Positions 20,424 through 29,209 of a stretch of DNA of 64,000 nucleotides are shown one piece after another (the stretch's first letter is position 1; the number at the start of each line of letters is the position of its first letter). The translations under genes and the position numbers were made by a program. Where the stretch lies: the NCBI GenBank assembly GCA_963754225.1, contig CAVWEV010000005.1, positions 282,282-346,281 on the forward strand. Direction: 5' to 3'. This stretch comes from an uncultured Thermoleophilia bacterium (GTDB lineage Bacteria > Actinomycetota > Thermoleophilia > Solirubrobacterales > 70-9). The notes beneath the pieces are model-generated. The model made no database searches and was not told the DNA's origin. It worked only from the letters and a program-made list of their open reading frames with translations.

Positions 20424-21097
20424 TAGCGCCTCTCCTCTGCGCCGCGACCGACCAGCGCGCTGGTCCCGAGCAGGTCCTTGACGGTTGAGACGAGCTCGAG
20501 CGGGTCAAATGGCTTCTGCAGAAAGGCATCAGCGCCCGCAGCGAGCGCCTCATCTCTGGCCTCGAGGACGGAGATGGCGAGCACCGGCCCGGCATCGTGG
20601 TCCTTCAATTGCCTGCAGAGCTCCGCTCCGAGACCTCCGGAGATCATCAGCTCCACGATCGCGAGCTGCGGCCGGCTCTCGAGCCAGTGCTCCTCGGCTT
20701 CCCCGACTGCAAGGGCCAGGTTCACTTCGTATCCCTCGGTGCGCAGGAAGAACTGCTCTAGTTCCGCCGCGACAGGATCGCGCTCCGCCAGCAGCACTAG
20801 CACCCGCGTACGACCGCTTGAGCTGGCGTTCACCGGCGGCTGGCCGCCCTGGCTCTGCTCCGATAGCAGTCGGTGGGCGTCGGCGGCCGAGAGCCCGCGC
20901 GCAACCTCCGCCGCGATGAAGCGAAGCTGCTCTACCTGATCGCGGGAGTACAGGCGGTGTCCTCCAGGGCTCCGCTGAGGGACGATCGTCGCGTAGCGCT
21001 CCTCCCAGTTGCGGATCGTCGCGGGCGCAATCCCCAGCATTCGAGCTACTGCCCCAATGCTGTAGACGCCATGGCCAGCGCCAGCTTCGTCAGACAC
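20423..21097 (-). CDS. MerR-family HTH fused to a CheY-like receiver domain (Glu at the phospho-acceptor position)
   Basis: YSIGAVARMLGIAPATIRNWEERY..GHRLYSRDQVEQLRFI (MerR HTH), then RVLVLLAERDP..PQLAIVELMISG..PVLAISV..DAFLQKPFDP (receiver beta1/3/4/5 pattern). The stop overlaps the KaiC-like GTG by 1 nt. Confidence 0.75.
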   Translation of the reverse strand: MSDEAGAGHGVYSIGAVARMLGIAPATIRNWEERYATIVPQRSPGGHRLYSRDQVEQLRFIAAEVARGLSAADAHRLLSEQSQGGQPPVNASSSGRTRVLVLLAERDPVAAELEQFFLRTEGYEVNLALAVGEAEEHWLESRPQLAIVELMISGGLGAELCRQLKDHDAGPVLAISVLEARDEALAAGADAFLQKPFDPLELVSTVKDLLGTSALVGRGAEERR

Positions 21098-21229
21098 CGC
21101 AGTGATGCTATCCGATCGGCCGGATTGGGGAGCTTATGAGTAAGTTCCGACGAGGATTTCCCCCGAGCGATCACGCCCGATTCTCCTCATAACCTCGTCA
21201 GAATCTGCTAGAGTCGGTGCGGTGTTGGA

Positions 21230-22099
21230 GTGGCTTCGAGCCGTCACGCCTCATACAAGCACGGAGTTCGACGCGTGAACCCCGGGACAGTTGTGCGGCC
21301 TAGTGCCCTCACCAACGGTAGGACTCCGCCGTATTCACTGCAGAGGCGGCGCGAGGAGCAGCGACTGCTCGAGGAGTACGCCGACACCCGCGATCCGGCC
21401 GTCCTCGAGGAGCTGGTCGAGCGCTTCCTGCCCCTCGCGAGGCGGCTCGCGTCGCGTTTCCGCGGTGGGACCGAGCCGTTCGAGGACCTCGTGCAGGTCG
21501 CGAGCGTGGGTCTGCTGAACGCGATCACTCGCTTCGACCCGAGTCTTGGATTTGCGTTCACGTCGTTCGCGACGCCGACCATTGTCGGCGAGCTCAAGCG
21601 ACACTTCCGGGATCGCAGCTGGTCGGTATGTGTCGACCGAGGGGCCAAGGACCGCGCTGTCGTGGTCGAGCGGGCGATCGAGCAGCTCACCCAGAGGGAG
21701 GGCCACTCCCCGTCGGTCGCCGAGATCGCGAACTGGACGGAGTTGTCAGCGGAGAAGGTCATCGAGGCGATCGAAGTCGGCCAGGCCCACCGGCCGCACT
21801 CGCTCGACAAACCGGTGGATTCCGATGCCGACGCCGCCGCACTCCTCGACTGCCTGGGCGAATACGACACGTTCTACGACGTCGTCGAGTACGCCGAGGC
21901 AATCGCGCCCGCGCTCGACGAGTTCTCGCCGCGTGACCGACTGGTCCTTCATCTCCGCTTCGTCGAGGACATGACCCAGACCGAGATCGCGGAGCGAATC
22001 GGCGTCTCCCAGATGCAGGTCTCCCGGATCCTCCGGTCCTTGCTTGAGCGGCTTCGCGACCAGGTGCAGGGTTGTGCCGAGGCTCGGACTGCCGGATGA
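21230..22099 (+). CDS. SigB/SigF/SigG-subfamily RNA polymerase sigma factor
   Basis: FEDLVQVASVGLLNAITRFDP..FTSFATPTIVGELKRHFRDRSW (region 2) and LRFVEDMTQTEIAERIGVSQMQVSRILRSLLERL (region 4). The exact start is uncertain; a GTG near 21275 is possible. Confidence 0.8.
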   Translation: MASSRHASYKHGVRRVNPGTVVRPSALTNGRTPPYSLQRRREEQRLLEEYADTRDPAVLEELVERFLPLARRLASRFRGGTEPFEDLVQVASVGLLNAITRFDPSLGFAFTSFATPTIVGELKRHFRDRSWSVCVDRGAKDRAVVVERAIEQLTQREGHSPSVAEIANWTELSAEKVIEAIEVGQAHRPHSLDKPVDSDADAAALLDCLGEYDTFYDVVEYAEAIAPALDEFSPRDRLVLHLRFVEDMTQTEIAERIGVSQMQVSRILRSLLERLRDQVQGCAEARTAG

Positions 22100-22290
22100 C
22101 ATCGAATCGATCGATGCATTCGGACTGCAAGCTGCGACCGGGCAAGTAGCGTCCCGGCGAACGGTCTAGCTAACGCGTAGCTAACGAACGGCGCCGTACA
22201 GGGCGATACGCGGCGGTACGGGGCGTACGCAAAACCGCTCTAGAAGGCGGTTTGCCGGACAGGACGATAGGAGCCGGACACGGCGCCCCT

Positions 22291-22350
22291 TTGATGATGA
22301 CCGAGGACGCGAAGTTCGCTTTGGGGTTCTGAACGGCTTGACCAGAGCGG
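22291..22350 (+). repeat. Repeat copy 3 of the DUF59 3' end plus diverged flank
   Basis: TTGATGATGACCGAGGACGCGAAGTTCGCTTTGGGGTTCTGA, then ACGGCTTGACCAGAGCGG. It differs from copy 1 only by two synonymous changes (GCG>GCT, CTG>TTG). Confidence 0.9.
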
Positions 22351-22375
22351 TTTTCGGGATCGGTCGTCGGCGAGC

Positions 22376-22395
22376 TACAGCCCGATTTGCAGCCC
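22376..22395 (+). repeat. degenerate doublet TACAGCCC-GATT-TGCAGCCC
   Basis: Same 12-nt periodicity and same position relative to the core (about 45 nt downstream) as the doublets at 39419 and 42864. Confidence 0.5.
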
Positions 22396-22571
22396 TAGCC
22401 GCTCGAGCAGCTCGCCGCACGGGGCGACGTCGAGCGCGCCGCCCAGGGGCGCTCTGACCGACGCCGACGGGCGCGACCCGGTGACAAAGCGCCATCGATG
22501 CAGTAGGTCGGCTCCCGGTGGTTCCCACAGGGTCCATCTGCAGGGTGTGTGCCGGGTGCATAATCCTCCCG

Positions 22572-22889
22572 ATGAAGCCACTGGCGGAGGAGGACGCCGC
22601 GCAGCGACGGGTGTTTGTCGATGGCCGATACAGGCTGTTCGGCGAGCTCACCTCCGAGCAGGTGTCCGCCCACGCCGCCGAGCTGGGGCAGGCCGCCGGC
22701 CTGGGCCATGGAAGCCGTGTCGGCCCGGTGTCCGCGGCCTGGAAGCAGCTCGCGATGGAGCTCGAAAGCCGGGGCGCGGCGAGAGTCTCCGGTCTCGACG
22801 CAGCAACAGTGGCTACCTTCGCCGAGCGCCTCTGGATCCTGCCTCCGGGGGGCGAACTGCTCGCGGGTGGGCCGACCGGGGGACGGTAG
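22572..22889 (+). CDS. hypothetical protein
   Basis: MKPLAEEDAAQRRVFVDGRYRLFGELTSEQVSAHAAELGQAAGLGHGS..ATFAERLWILPPGGELL within track ORF 22518..22889. No family recognised. Confidence 0.4.
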   Translation: MKPLAEEDAAQRRVFVDGRYRLFGELTSEQVSAHAAELGQAAGLGHGSRVGPVSAAWKQLAMELESRGAARVSGLDAATVATFAERLWILPPGGELLAGGPTGGR

Positions 22890-22956
22890 CCGCTGAGCAA
22901 AATCGGGCTTGTGCGGGAAGTCAGCGCGGATATAGACTCGGCCCGATGGGGGTCCC

Positions 22957-23368
22957 GTGCCGCATGCGCTGAGCTCAGGTCTGCCGAAGGACTTCCTCCG
23001 GCCATGTCTGCTGCTGCTTTTGCGCGAGCGCGAGGCGCACGGGTACGAGCTGCTGGAGAGCGTCGCGGCCTTCGGATTCGACCACTCGGATCCGGGCGCG
23101 CTCTACAAGACGCTGCGCCGGCTCGAGCACGACGGCCTGGTGCAGTCGGATTGGGAGAGTCCGGCAACGGCCCTCGTAAGCGGGTGTACAGGCTGACCCG
23201 GAAGGGGTTGAGGAGCTGGACCATCGGGCGACCGACCTCGCCGAGGGCGAGCGCCGGATCGACGCGTTTATCGAGCGCTATCTGCGCGCCCGCCGCCTCC
23301 CCTCGGGCGACCGCCGCCGTCGCGCGATGGCGGGGCGGCTCGAGGCCCACCGAGCGGCGGTCAACTGA
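22957..23368 (+). CDS. PadR-family transcriptional regulator; two frame changes
   Basis: LRPCLLLLLREREAHGYELLESVAAFGFDHSDPGALYKTLRRLEHDGLVQSDWES (track 22957..23196), then ..GNGPRKRVYRLTRKG (track 22911..23504 frame), then ..EELDHRATDLAEGERRIDAFIERYL.. by my translation. Confidence 0.7.
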
Positions 23369-23494
23369 GCGGCTGCACTATAGGTCCAACGTCATATGTG
23401 ACGTTCGCACTTTGCGCCAGGCACTTACGGCGCTCGATCCCGCGAAATACGTTATCGCCCCGCCGACATCGGGGAGCGGGGTGGGAGACGAGCT

Positions 23495-23773
23495 ATGTGC
23501 TTAGCGATTCCAGGCCAGATACTCGAGATCGTCGATGACGAGAATCGACTCGCGCAGGTGGACGTAGCGGGGGTGCGCCGAAACGTCAACGTCGGCCTCC
23601 TCGACGGCGAGGCCGGTGGGATCGAACCGGGCGACTGGGTGCTGATCCACGTCGGTTTCGCGATCTCGAAGGTGGACGAGGAGGAGGCTCGCGCTACCCG
23701 CGAGCTGCTCGAGGGTATGGGCGCAGACTACGAGCAGGAGCTCGAGGAGCTGAAGGCGAGCGTGATCGAGTGA
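23495..23773 (+). CDS. hypC: hydrogenase maturation chaperone HypC
   Basis: MCLAIPGQILEIV..AQVDVAGVRRNVNVGLL..GDWVLIHVGFAI. Canonical N-terminal Cys and OB-fold pattern. Confidence 0.9.
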   Translation: MCLAIPGQILEIVDDENRLAQVDVAGVRRNVNVGLLDGEAGGIEPGDWVLIHVGFAISKVDEEEARATRELLEGMGADYEQELEELKASVIE

Positions 23774-24003
23774 GCGAGCCGTTCCAGGAGTGCCACGACG
23801 ACCACTGCATCACGTGCGGGGACGTCGCCGAGTCGATGCGCGTCCTCGATGTCGACTCCGCGCGGGCCCTCGCGCTTTGCGAGCTGGACCCAGGAGAGCG
23901 GCAGACCGTCGAGATCGCCCTCGTCGGCCCGGTCGAGGTCGGGGACCGGCTGCTGGTCCACGCCGGGACGGCGATCGCCAGGGCGGAGGAGAGCATCGCG
24001 TGA
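23770..24003 (+). CDS. HypC/HupF-like OB-fold protein with internal CxxC (second copy)
   Basis: ..CHDDHCITCGDVAESMRVLDVD..GERQTVEIALVGPVEVGDRLLVHAGTAIA resembles HypC but has an N-terminal extension in place of Met-Cys. Start and stop both overlap the neighbours by 4 nt. Confidence 0.6.
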   Translation: MSEPFQECHDDHCITCGDVAESMRVLDVDSARALALCELDPGERQTVEIALVGPVEVGDRLLVHAGTAIARAEESIA

Positions 24004-25121
24004 GGTTCGTCGACGAGTTTCGCGACGCCGAGCTCGGCCGGGTGCTCGCCGGCGAGATCGCCGCGGCCGCGGAGCCGGGGCGTCACTACAAGCTGATGGA
24101 GGTATGCGGCGGTCACACACACTCGATCTACAAGTACGGCGTAGACGACCTGCTGCCTGACAACGTCGAGCTGGTGCACGGGCCCGGGTGCCCGGTGTGC
24201 GTGATCCCGATGGGTCGAGTCGACGATGGGATCGCGATCGCCCACGAGGAGAACGTCATCTTCACGTGCTTCGGCGACATGATGCGGGTGCCGGGCTCGG
24301 AGGGGACCCTGCTCGACGCCAAGGCCGAGGGCGCGGACGTGCGGATGGTCTACTCGCCGCTCGACGCGCTTCGAATCGCGAAGTCCAATCCAGAGCGCAA
24401 GGTCGTCTTCTTCGCGATCGGGTTCGAGACCACCGCGCCGTCGACGGCCCTGACCCTCAAGCGGGCGAAGGCCGAGGAAGTCGAGAACTTCCTCTGCATG
24501 TGCAACCACGTGACGATCGTTCCGCCGTTGCGGGCCCTTCTCGACTCGCCCGATCTGCGCCTCGACGGATTCATCGGGCCGGGCCATGTCTCGACGATCG
24601 TCGGCGCGCGTCCGTTCGAGTTCATACCCGCCGACTACGGGAGGCCGCTCGTCACCGCCGGGTTTGAGCCGCTCGACATCCTCCAGGCGATCCTGATGAT
24701 CCTCCGCCAGCTCGCGGACGGCCGCTGCGAAGTCGAGAACCAGTACAAGCGCGTCGTCCCGTACGAGGGAAACCTCCCGGCTCTGGCGGCGATGGCGGAG
24801 GTGTTCGAGCTGCGCCCGCACTTCGAGTGGCGCGGCCTCGGCTTCATCTCGCAGAGCGCGCTGCGGCTCGCGGACTCCTACGCGGACCTCGACGCCGAGC
24901 GCCACTACGAGGTGCCCGGGGTGCGGGTCGCAGATCCAAAGGCGTGTCAGTGCGGAGAGGTGCTGAAGGGCGTGATCAAGCCCTGGGAGTGCAAGGTGTT
25001 CGGAACCGCGTGCACGCCCGAGCACGCGATCGGGACGTGCATGGTCTCCCCGGAGGGCGCGTGCGCCGCCTACTACAACTACGGACGCTACGCTCGCAGG
25101 CGCGAGGCGGTCGCGTCGTGA
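24000..25121 (+). CDS. hypD: hydrogenase maturation protein HypD
   Basis: MEVCGGHTH, GPGCPVCV, FETTAP, GPGHVS and C-terminal CxxxxxxC..CTPEHAIGTCMVSPEGAC. GTG start overlaps the upstream stop. Confidence 0.92.
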   Translation: MRFVDEFRDAELGRVLAGEIAAAAEPGRHYKLMEVCGGHTHSIYKYGVDDLLPDNVELVHGPGCPVCVIPMGRVDDGIAIAHEENVIFTCFGDMMRVPGSEGTLLDAKAEGADVRMVYSPLDALRIAKSNPERKVVFFAIGFETTAPSTALTLKRAKAEEVENFLCMCNHVTIVPPLRALLDSPDLRLDGFIGPGHVSTIVGARPFEFIPADYGRPLVTAGFEPLDILQAILMILRQLADGRCEVENQYKRVVPYEGNLPALAAMAEVFELRPHFEWRGLGFISQSALRLADSYADLDAERHYEVPGVRVADPKACQCGEVLKGVIKPWECKVFGTACTPEHAIGTCMVSPEGACAAYYNYGRYARRREAVAS

Positions 25122-26239
25122 GCGAGCGCGCCCTCAGCGAGCGGGCGAAGGGGCGCGCCTCGGGTGAGGATCGCGAGCAGCGCATCCTGGAGATCATCGA
25201 GACCGCGCGCTCGAAGCGCCCGCGGTTCAAGGACACGCAGATCACGATGTCCCACGGCGCGGGGGGGAAGGCCACCCAGACGATGATCGAGGGGCTGTTC
25301 GTCCCCGCGTTCGAGTCGGAGCCGCTGGCCGAGCTCGGCGACGCCGGCGGGGTCGAGGTCGACGGCGTCAAGCTGGCGATGACCACCGACACGTTCGTCG
25401 TCAAGCCGATCCGGTTCCCGGGCGGCTCGATCGGCGAGCTTGCGGTCAACGGGACGGTGAACGATCTCGCGGCCGCGGGCGCCCGAGCGAGCGCGCTGAG
25501 CGTGGCGATCGTGCTCGAGGAGGGACTCGAAGCGGACGTGCTGCGCGGCGAGGTCGAGGCGATCGCGGAGGCGGCCGGCGGCGCCGGAGTCGAGGTCATC
25601 ACCGGCGACACCAAGGTCGTCGACCGCGGACACGCCGACGAGATGTACATCTGCACGTCTGGGCTCGGCAGGGTCGATGAGCGGGCGTCGCTCTCGACCG
25701 GCTCGCTGGCCGCCGGCGATCGCGTGCTGGTCTCGAAGCCGGTGGGCGAGCACGGCACGGCGATCATGCTCGCGCGGGGCGAGCTCGGCCTCGATGCCGA
25801 TGTCGTCTCCGACACGCGCTCGCTGTGGCCGGTCGCGGACGCCCTGCTCGACTCGGCCGGGGCCGAGCTGCGGTGCATGCGCGACGCGACCCGCGGTGGC
25901 GTCGCGACGGTCCTGAACGAGCTTGCCCGCGCGTCCGGCGTCGGAATGAGTGTTCGCGAAGCGGACGTCCCCGCAGCGCCCGAGGTCGTCGGCGCCGCGG
26001 AGCTGCTCGGGATCGACCCGATGTACGTGGCTAACGAGGGCGTGATGGTCGCCTTCGTCGGGCCGCAGGCCGCCGACGCCGCGGTCGAGGCGCTGCGCTC
26101 CGTGCCCGGATGTGAGGCGGCAGTGGAGATCGGCGAGGTCCGGGACGAGCCTCCGGGGATGGTCCTGGTCGAGACGGCGTTCGGGGGCCAGCGGGTGATG
26201 GACCTGCTCGCCGGAGACCCGCTACCGAGGATCTGCTGA
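25118..26239 (+). CDS. hypE: hydrogenase maturation protein HypE
   Basis: MSHGAGGKAT.., AVNGTVNDLAAAGA, TGDTKVV and the diagnostic C-terminal PRIC*. Confidence 0.92.
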   Translation: MSERALSERAKGRASGEDREQRILEIIETARSKRPRFKDTQITMSHGAGGKATQTMIEGLFVPAFESEPLAELGDAGGVEVDGVKLAMTTDTFVVKPIRFPGGSIGELAVNGTVNDLAAAGARASALSVAIVLEEGLEADVLRGEVEAIAEAAGGAGVEVITGDTKVVDRGHADEMYICTSGLGRVDERASLSTGSLAAGDRVLVSKPVGEHGTAIMLARGELGLDADVVSDTRSLWPVADALLDSAGAELRCMRDATRGGVATVLNELARASGVGMSVREADVPAAPEVVGAAELLGIDPMYVANEGVMVAFVGPQAADAAVEALRSVPGCEAAVEIGEVRDEPPGMVLVETAFGGQRVMDLLAGDPLPRIC

Positions 26240-26291
26240 GCAGGGGAGTGAGCTTGAAACAGATGCAGCCGCGAGCGAGGAGAGGAAGGCG

Positions 26292-27362
26292 ATGGACGTA
26301 AAGGCTGAGTTCGTTCCCGACCAGGCGAAGACCGAGGCGGTCGAGGCGCACGTGATCTGGATGACGACCGGGCTGTCGTGCGACGGCGACTCGGTGGCGA
26401 TGACCTCCGCCGTCAACCCCAGCCTCGAGGACATCGTCACGCAGGCGATTCCGGGGATGCCGAAGGTGATCGTCCACAACCCCGTGCTCGCGTACGAGAA
26501 CGGCCCCGAGTTCATCGAGTACTGGTGGCGCGCGGAGCGTGGCGAGCTCGATCCGTTCGTGCTCGTGGTCGAGGGTTCGGTGCCGAACGAGGACCTCTCC
26601 GGCGAGGGGTACTGGGCCGGGATCGGCGACGACCCGGAGTCGGGGCAGCCGATCACGACGAACGAGTGGATCGACCGCCTGGCGCCGAAGGCGGCGGCCG
26701 TCGTCGCGGTCGGTACATGCGCCACCTACGGCGGCATACCCGCGATGAAGAACAACCCGACCGGCGCGATGGGCGTGGCCGACTACCTCGGCTGGGACTG
26801 GAAGTCGAGCGCGGGGCTGCCCGTGGTCAACATCCCGGGCTGCCCGGCCCAGCCGGACAACACCACCGAGACGCTGCTCTACCTCGCGCTGCATCTCGCG
26901 GGGCGTGCCCCGGTCCCGGATCTCGACGAGGCGCTGCGGCCGACGTGGCTGTTCGGGCGAACGGTTCGCGAGGGCTGCAACCGCGCCGGCTTCGTCGAGC
27001 AGGGCAGGTTCGCCACCGAGTACGGTGACGATCCCCGCTGCCTGATCAAGCTCGGCTGCAAGGGCCCCGTCGTGAAGTGCAACGTCCCGGTTCGCGGGTG
27101 GGTCGACGGCTACGGGGGATGCCCCAATGTCGGCGGGATCTGCATGGCGTGCACGATGCCCGGGTTCCCCGACAAGTACATGCCGTTCATGGAGCCGGAC
27201 TCGTGGGGTAGCGCCGCCGCGAACTTCGAGCGGTTCACGTTCGGGCCGGTGATCCGCTACTTCCGCCAGCGGCACATCAAGAACAAGTACGACGTCGAAC
27301 CGGAGTGGCGCAAGCGCAGCTCGCGGCTCGAGACCGGCTATCAGGCACGGAACTACGGCTGA
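26292..27362 (+). CDS. hhyS: [NiFe]-hydrogenase small subunit, group 1h type (no Tat signal)
   Basis: GLSCDGDS, GTCATYGGIPA, PGCPAQPD and CKGPVVKCNVP..GGCPNVGGICMACTMPGFPD (Fe-S cluster ligands). The N-terminus lacks an RRxF twin-arginine motif. RBS GAGGAGAGGAAGG. Confidence 0.9.
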   Translation: MDVKAEFVPDQAKTEAVEAHVIWMTTGLSCDGDSVAMTSAVNPSLEDIVTQAIPGMPKVIVHNPVLAYENGPEFIEYWWRAERGELDPFVLVVEGSVPNEDLSGEGYWAGIGDDPESGQPITTNEWIDRLAPKAAAVVAVGTCATYGGIPAMKNNPTGAMGVADYLGWDWKSSAGLPVVNIPGCPAQPDNTTETLLYLALHLAGRAPVPDLDEALRPTWLFGRTVREGCNRAGFVEQGRFATEYGDDPRCLIKLGCKGPVVKCNVPVRGWVDGYGGCPNVGGICMACTMPGFPDKYMPFMEPDSWGSAAANFERFTFGPVIRYFRQRHIKNKYDVEPEWRKRSSRLETGYQARNYG

Positions 27363-27424
27363 GGTGACATCGGCGACAAGAGCGAAGAGCCCCGAGTTTC
27401 ACTGACCCAAGAGGAGAGAAGCAG

Positions 27425-29209
27425 ATGGCAACCGTAGAGACACCGCGCGGCGACCAGAAGGTGATGGTCAAGGAGATGTCCTGGGACCCGATCACCCGGA
27501 TCGTCGGCAGCCTCGGGATCCACACCGAGATCGACTTCTCGAACCAGCAGGTTCTGAAGTGCTACTCGACCTCGATGGTCTTCCGCGGGTTCGACATCTT
27601 CATGAAGGGGATCGACCCCCGCGACGCGCACTTCATCACCAGCCGCATCTGCGGGATCTGCGGTGACAACCACTGCACCTGCTCGTGCCTGAACCAGAAC
27701 ATGGCCTACGGCGTCAAGCCGCCGCCGCTGGGCGATCTCGCGTTCAACCTCGCGGAGTCGGCGGACTACATGTTCGACCACGCGATCTTCAACGACTGCA
27801 TGGCGAACGTCGACTTCTGCGAGCAGATGGTCAAGGAGACGAACCCCTCGCTGCTGGCGAAGGCCGAGCAGGAGCTCGCGCCGCACTCCGACATCCACGG
27901 CTACCGGACGATCGCCGACATCATGCGGTCGCTGAACCCGTTCACGGGGGACTTCTATCTCGAGACCCTCCAGGTGGCGCGGTACACGCGCGAGATGTAC
28001 TGCCTGTTCGGCGGTCGCCACACGCACCCCTCGACGATCATGCCCGGGGGCTGCAGCGCGCACATCACGCACCAGACGCTGACCGACTACTACGTGCGGC
28101 TGATGCGTTACTTCGAGTACGTGAAGCGCACCGTGCCGATGCACGACGACCTCTACGACTTCTTCCTCCGGGAGTTGCCGGGGTACGACATGGTCGGCTA
28201 CCGCGACACCAATCTCGTCAACTGGGGCGCGTTCGACGACCCCGACTACGTCGACTACGACTACCGCAACATGACCGAGTGGGGTCGGAAGCGGTACGTC
28301 ACGCCGGGAGTGGTGATCAACGGGGAGTTGATCTCCACCGACCTGGTCGAGATCAACCTGATGATTCGGATCCTGCTCGGGTCTTCGTACTTCGACGACT
28401 GGACGGAGACCGAGCAGCCTTTCGTCACCCAGGACCCGCTCGGGAACCCGGTCGACCCGCGGCACCCCTGGAACAAGGTGACGATCCCGCGCCCTCAGAA
28501 GCGGGACTGGGCGGACAAGTACAGCTGGGTGGTCTCCCCGCGGATCTACGACGAGCGCACCGACACGCACGTTTGCTGCGACACGGGCGGCGGCCCGTTC
28601 GCGCGGCAGTGGTGCACCGCAAAGGCGGGCCTGGTCGACTTCGGGTACGCGAAGGCGACCGGGGAGAGCATCCAGATGGTGCTGCCGAAGACGCCCAACT
28701 CCGCGGAGACGGAGCTCGAGTGGAAGATTCCGGAGAAGTCGAACGCGATCGAGCGCGATCGCGCCCGGACCTACCACCAGGCGTACTCGGCGCTGATCGG
28801 GCTGCACTGCCTTGAGCGCGCGTTCACCGAGGTGCGCGCAGGGCGGACCAAGAGCTGGTCTGACTTCACGGTCCCGAACGAGACGATCAGCGTCGGGTTC
28901 CACGAGGCCGCGCGCGGCGTGCTCTCCCATCACATGGTGATCCAGGGAGGCAAGATCGCGAACTACCAGCCTTACCCGCCGACGCCGTGGAACGCCAGCG
29001 TGCGCGACGTCTACGGAACTCCGGGCCCCTACGAGGACGCGGTGCAGAACACGCCGATCTTCGAGGAGAACGGCCCGGAGAACTTCAAGGGCGTCGACAT
29101 CATGCGGGCAGTCCGCAGCTTCGACCCGTGCCTGCCGTGCGGCGTGCACATGTACGACGGCAAGGGCGGCGTGCGGAAGGTGATGCATACGCCGACGGGG
29201 ATGTGCTGA
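27425..29209 (+). CDS. hhyL: [NiFe]-hydrogenase large subunit, group 1h/5 type
   Basis: N-terminal TSRICGICGDNHCTCS and C-terminal SFDPCLPCGVHMY (the two CxxC Ni-Fe ligand pairs). Intact 594 aa. Confidence 0.92.
   Translation: MATVETPRGDQKVMVKEMSWDPITRIVGSLGIHTEIDFSNQQVLKCYSTSMVFRGFDIFMKGIDPRDAHFITSRICGICGDNHCTCSCLNQNMAYGVKPPPLGDLAFNLAESADYMFDHAIFNDCMANVDFCEQMVKETNPSLLAKAEQELAPHSDIHGYRTIADIMRSLNPFTGDFYLETLQVARYTREMYCLFGGRHTHPSTIMPGGCSAHITHQTLTDYYVRLMRYFEYVKRTVPMHDDLYDFFLRELPGYDMVGYRDTNLVNWGAFDDPDYVDYDYRNMTEWGRKRYVTPGVVINGELISTDLVEINLMIRILLGSSYFDDWTETEQPFVTQDPLGNPVDPRHPWNKVTIPRPQKRDWADKYSWVVSPRIYDERTDTHVCCDTGGGPFARQWCTAKAGLVDFGYAKATGESIQMVLPKTPNSAETELEWKIPEKSNAIERDRARTYHQAYSALIGLHCLERAFTEVRAGRTKSWSDFTVPNETISVGFHEAARGVLSHHMVIQGGKIANYQPYPPTPWNASVRDVYGTPGPYEDAVQNTPIFEENGPENFKGVDIMRAVRSFDPCLPCGVHMYDGKGGVRKVMHTPTGMC

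Noticed and set aside
22181-23350. 389-aa minus-strand ORF spanning the repeat-copy-3 / PadR region.
   Set aside because: Its composition is Arg/Ala/Pro/Ser-rich with no recognisable motif. It overlaps the family-like + strand genes (22572..22889 and PadR), so I treat it as a shadow ORF.
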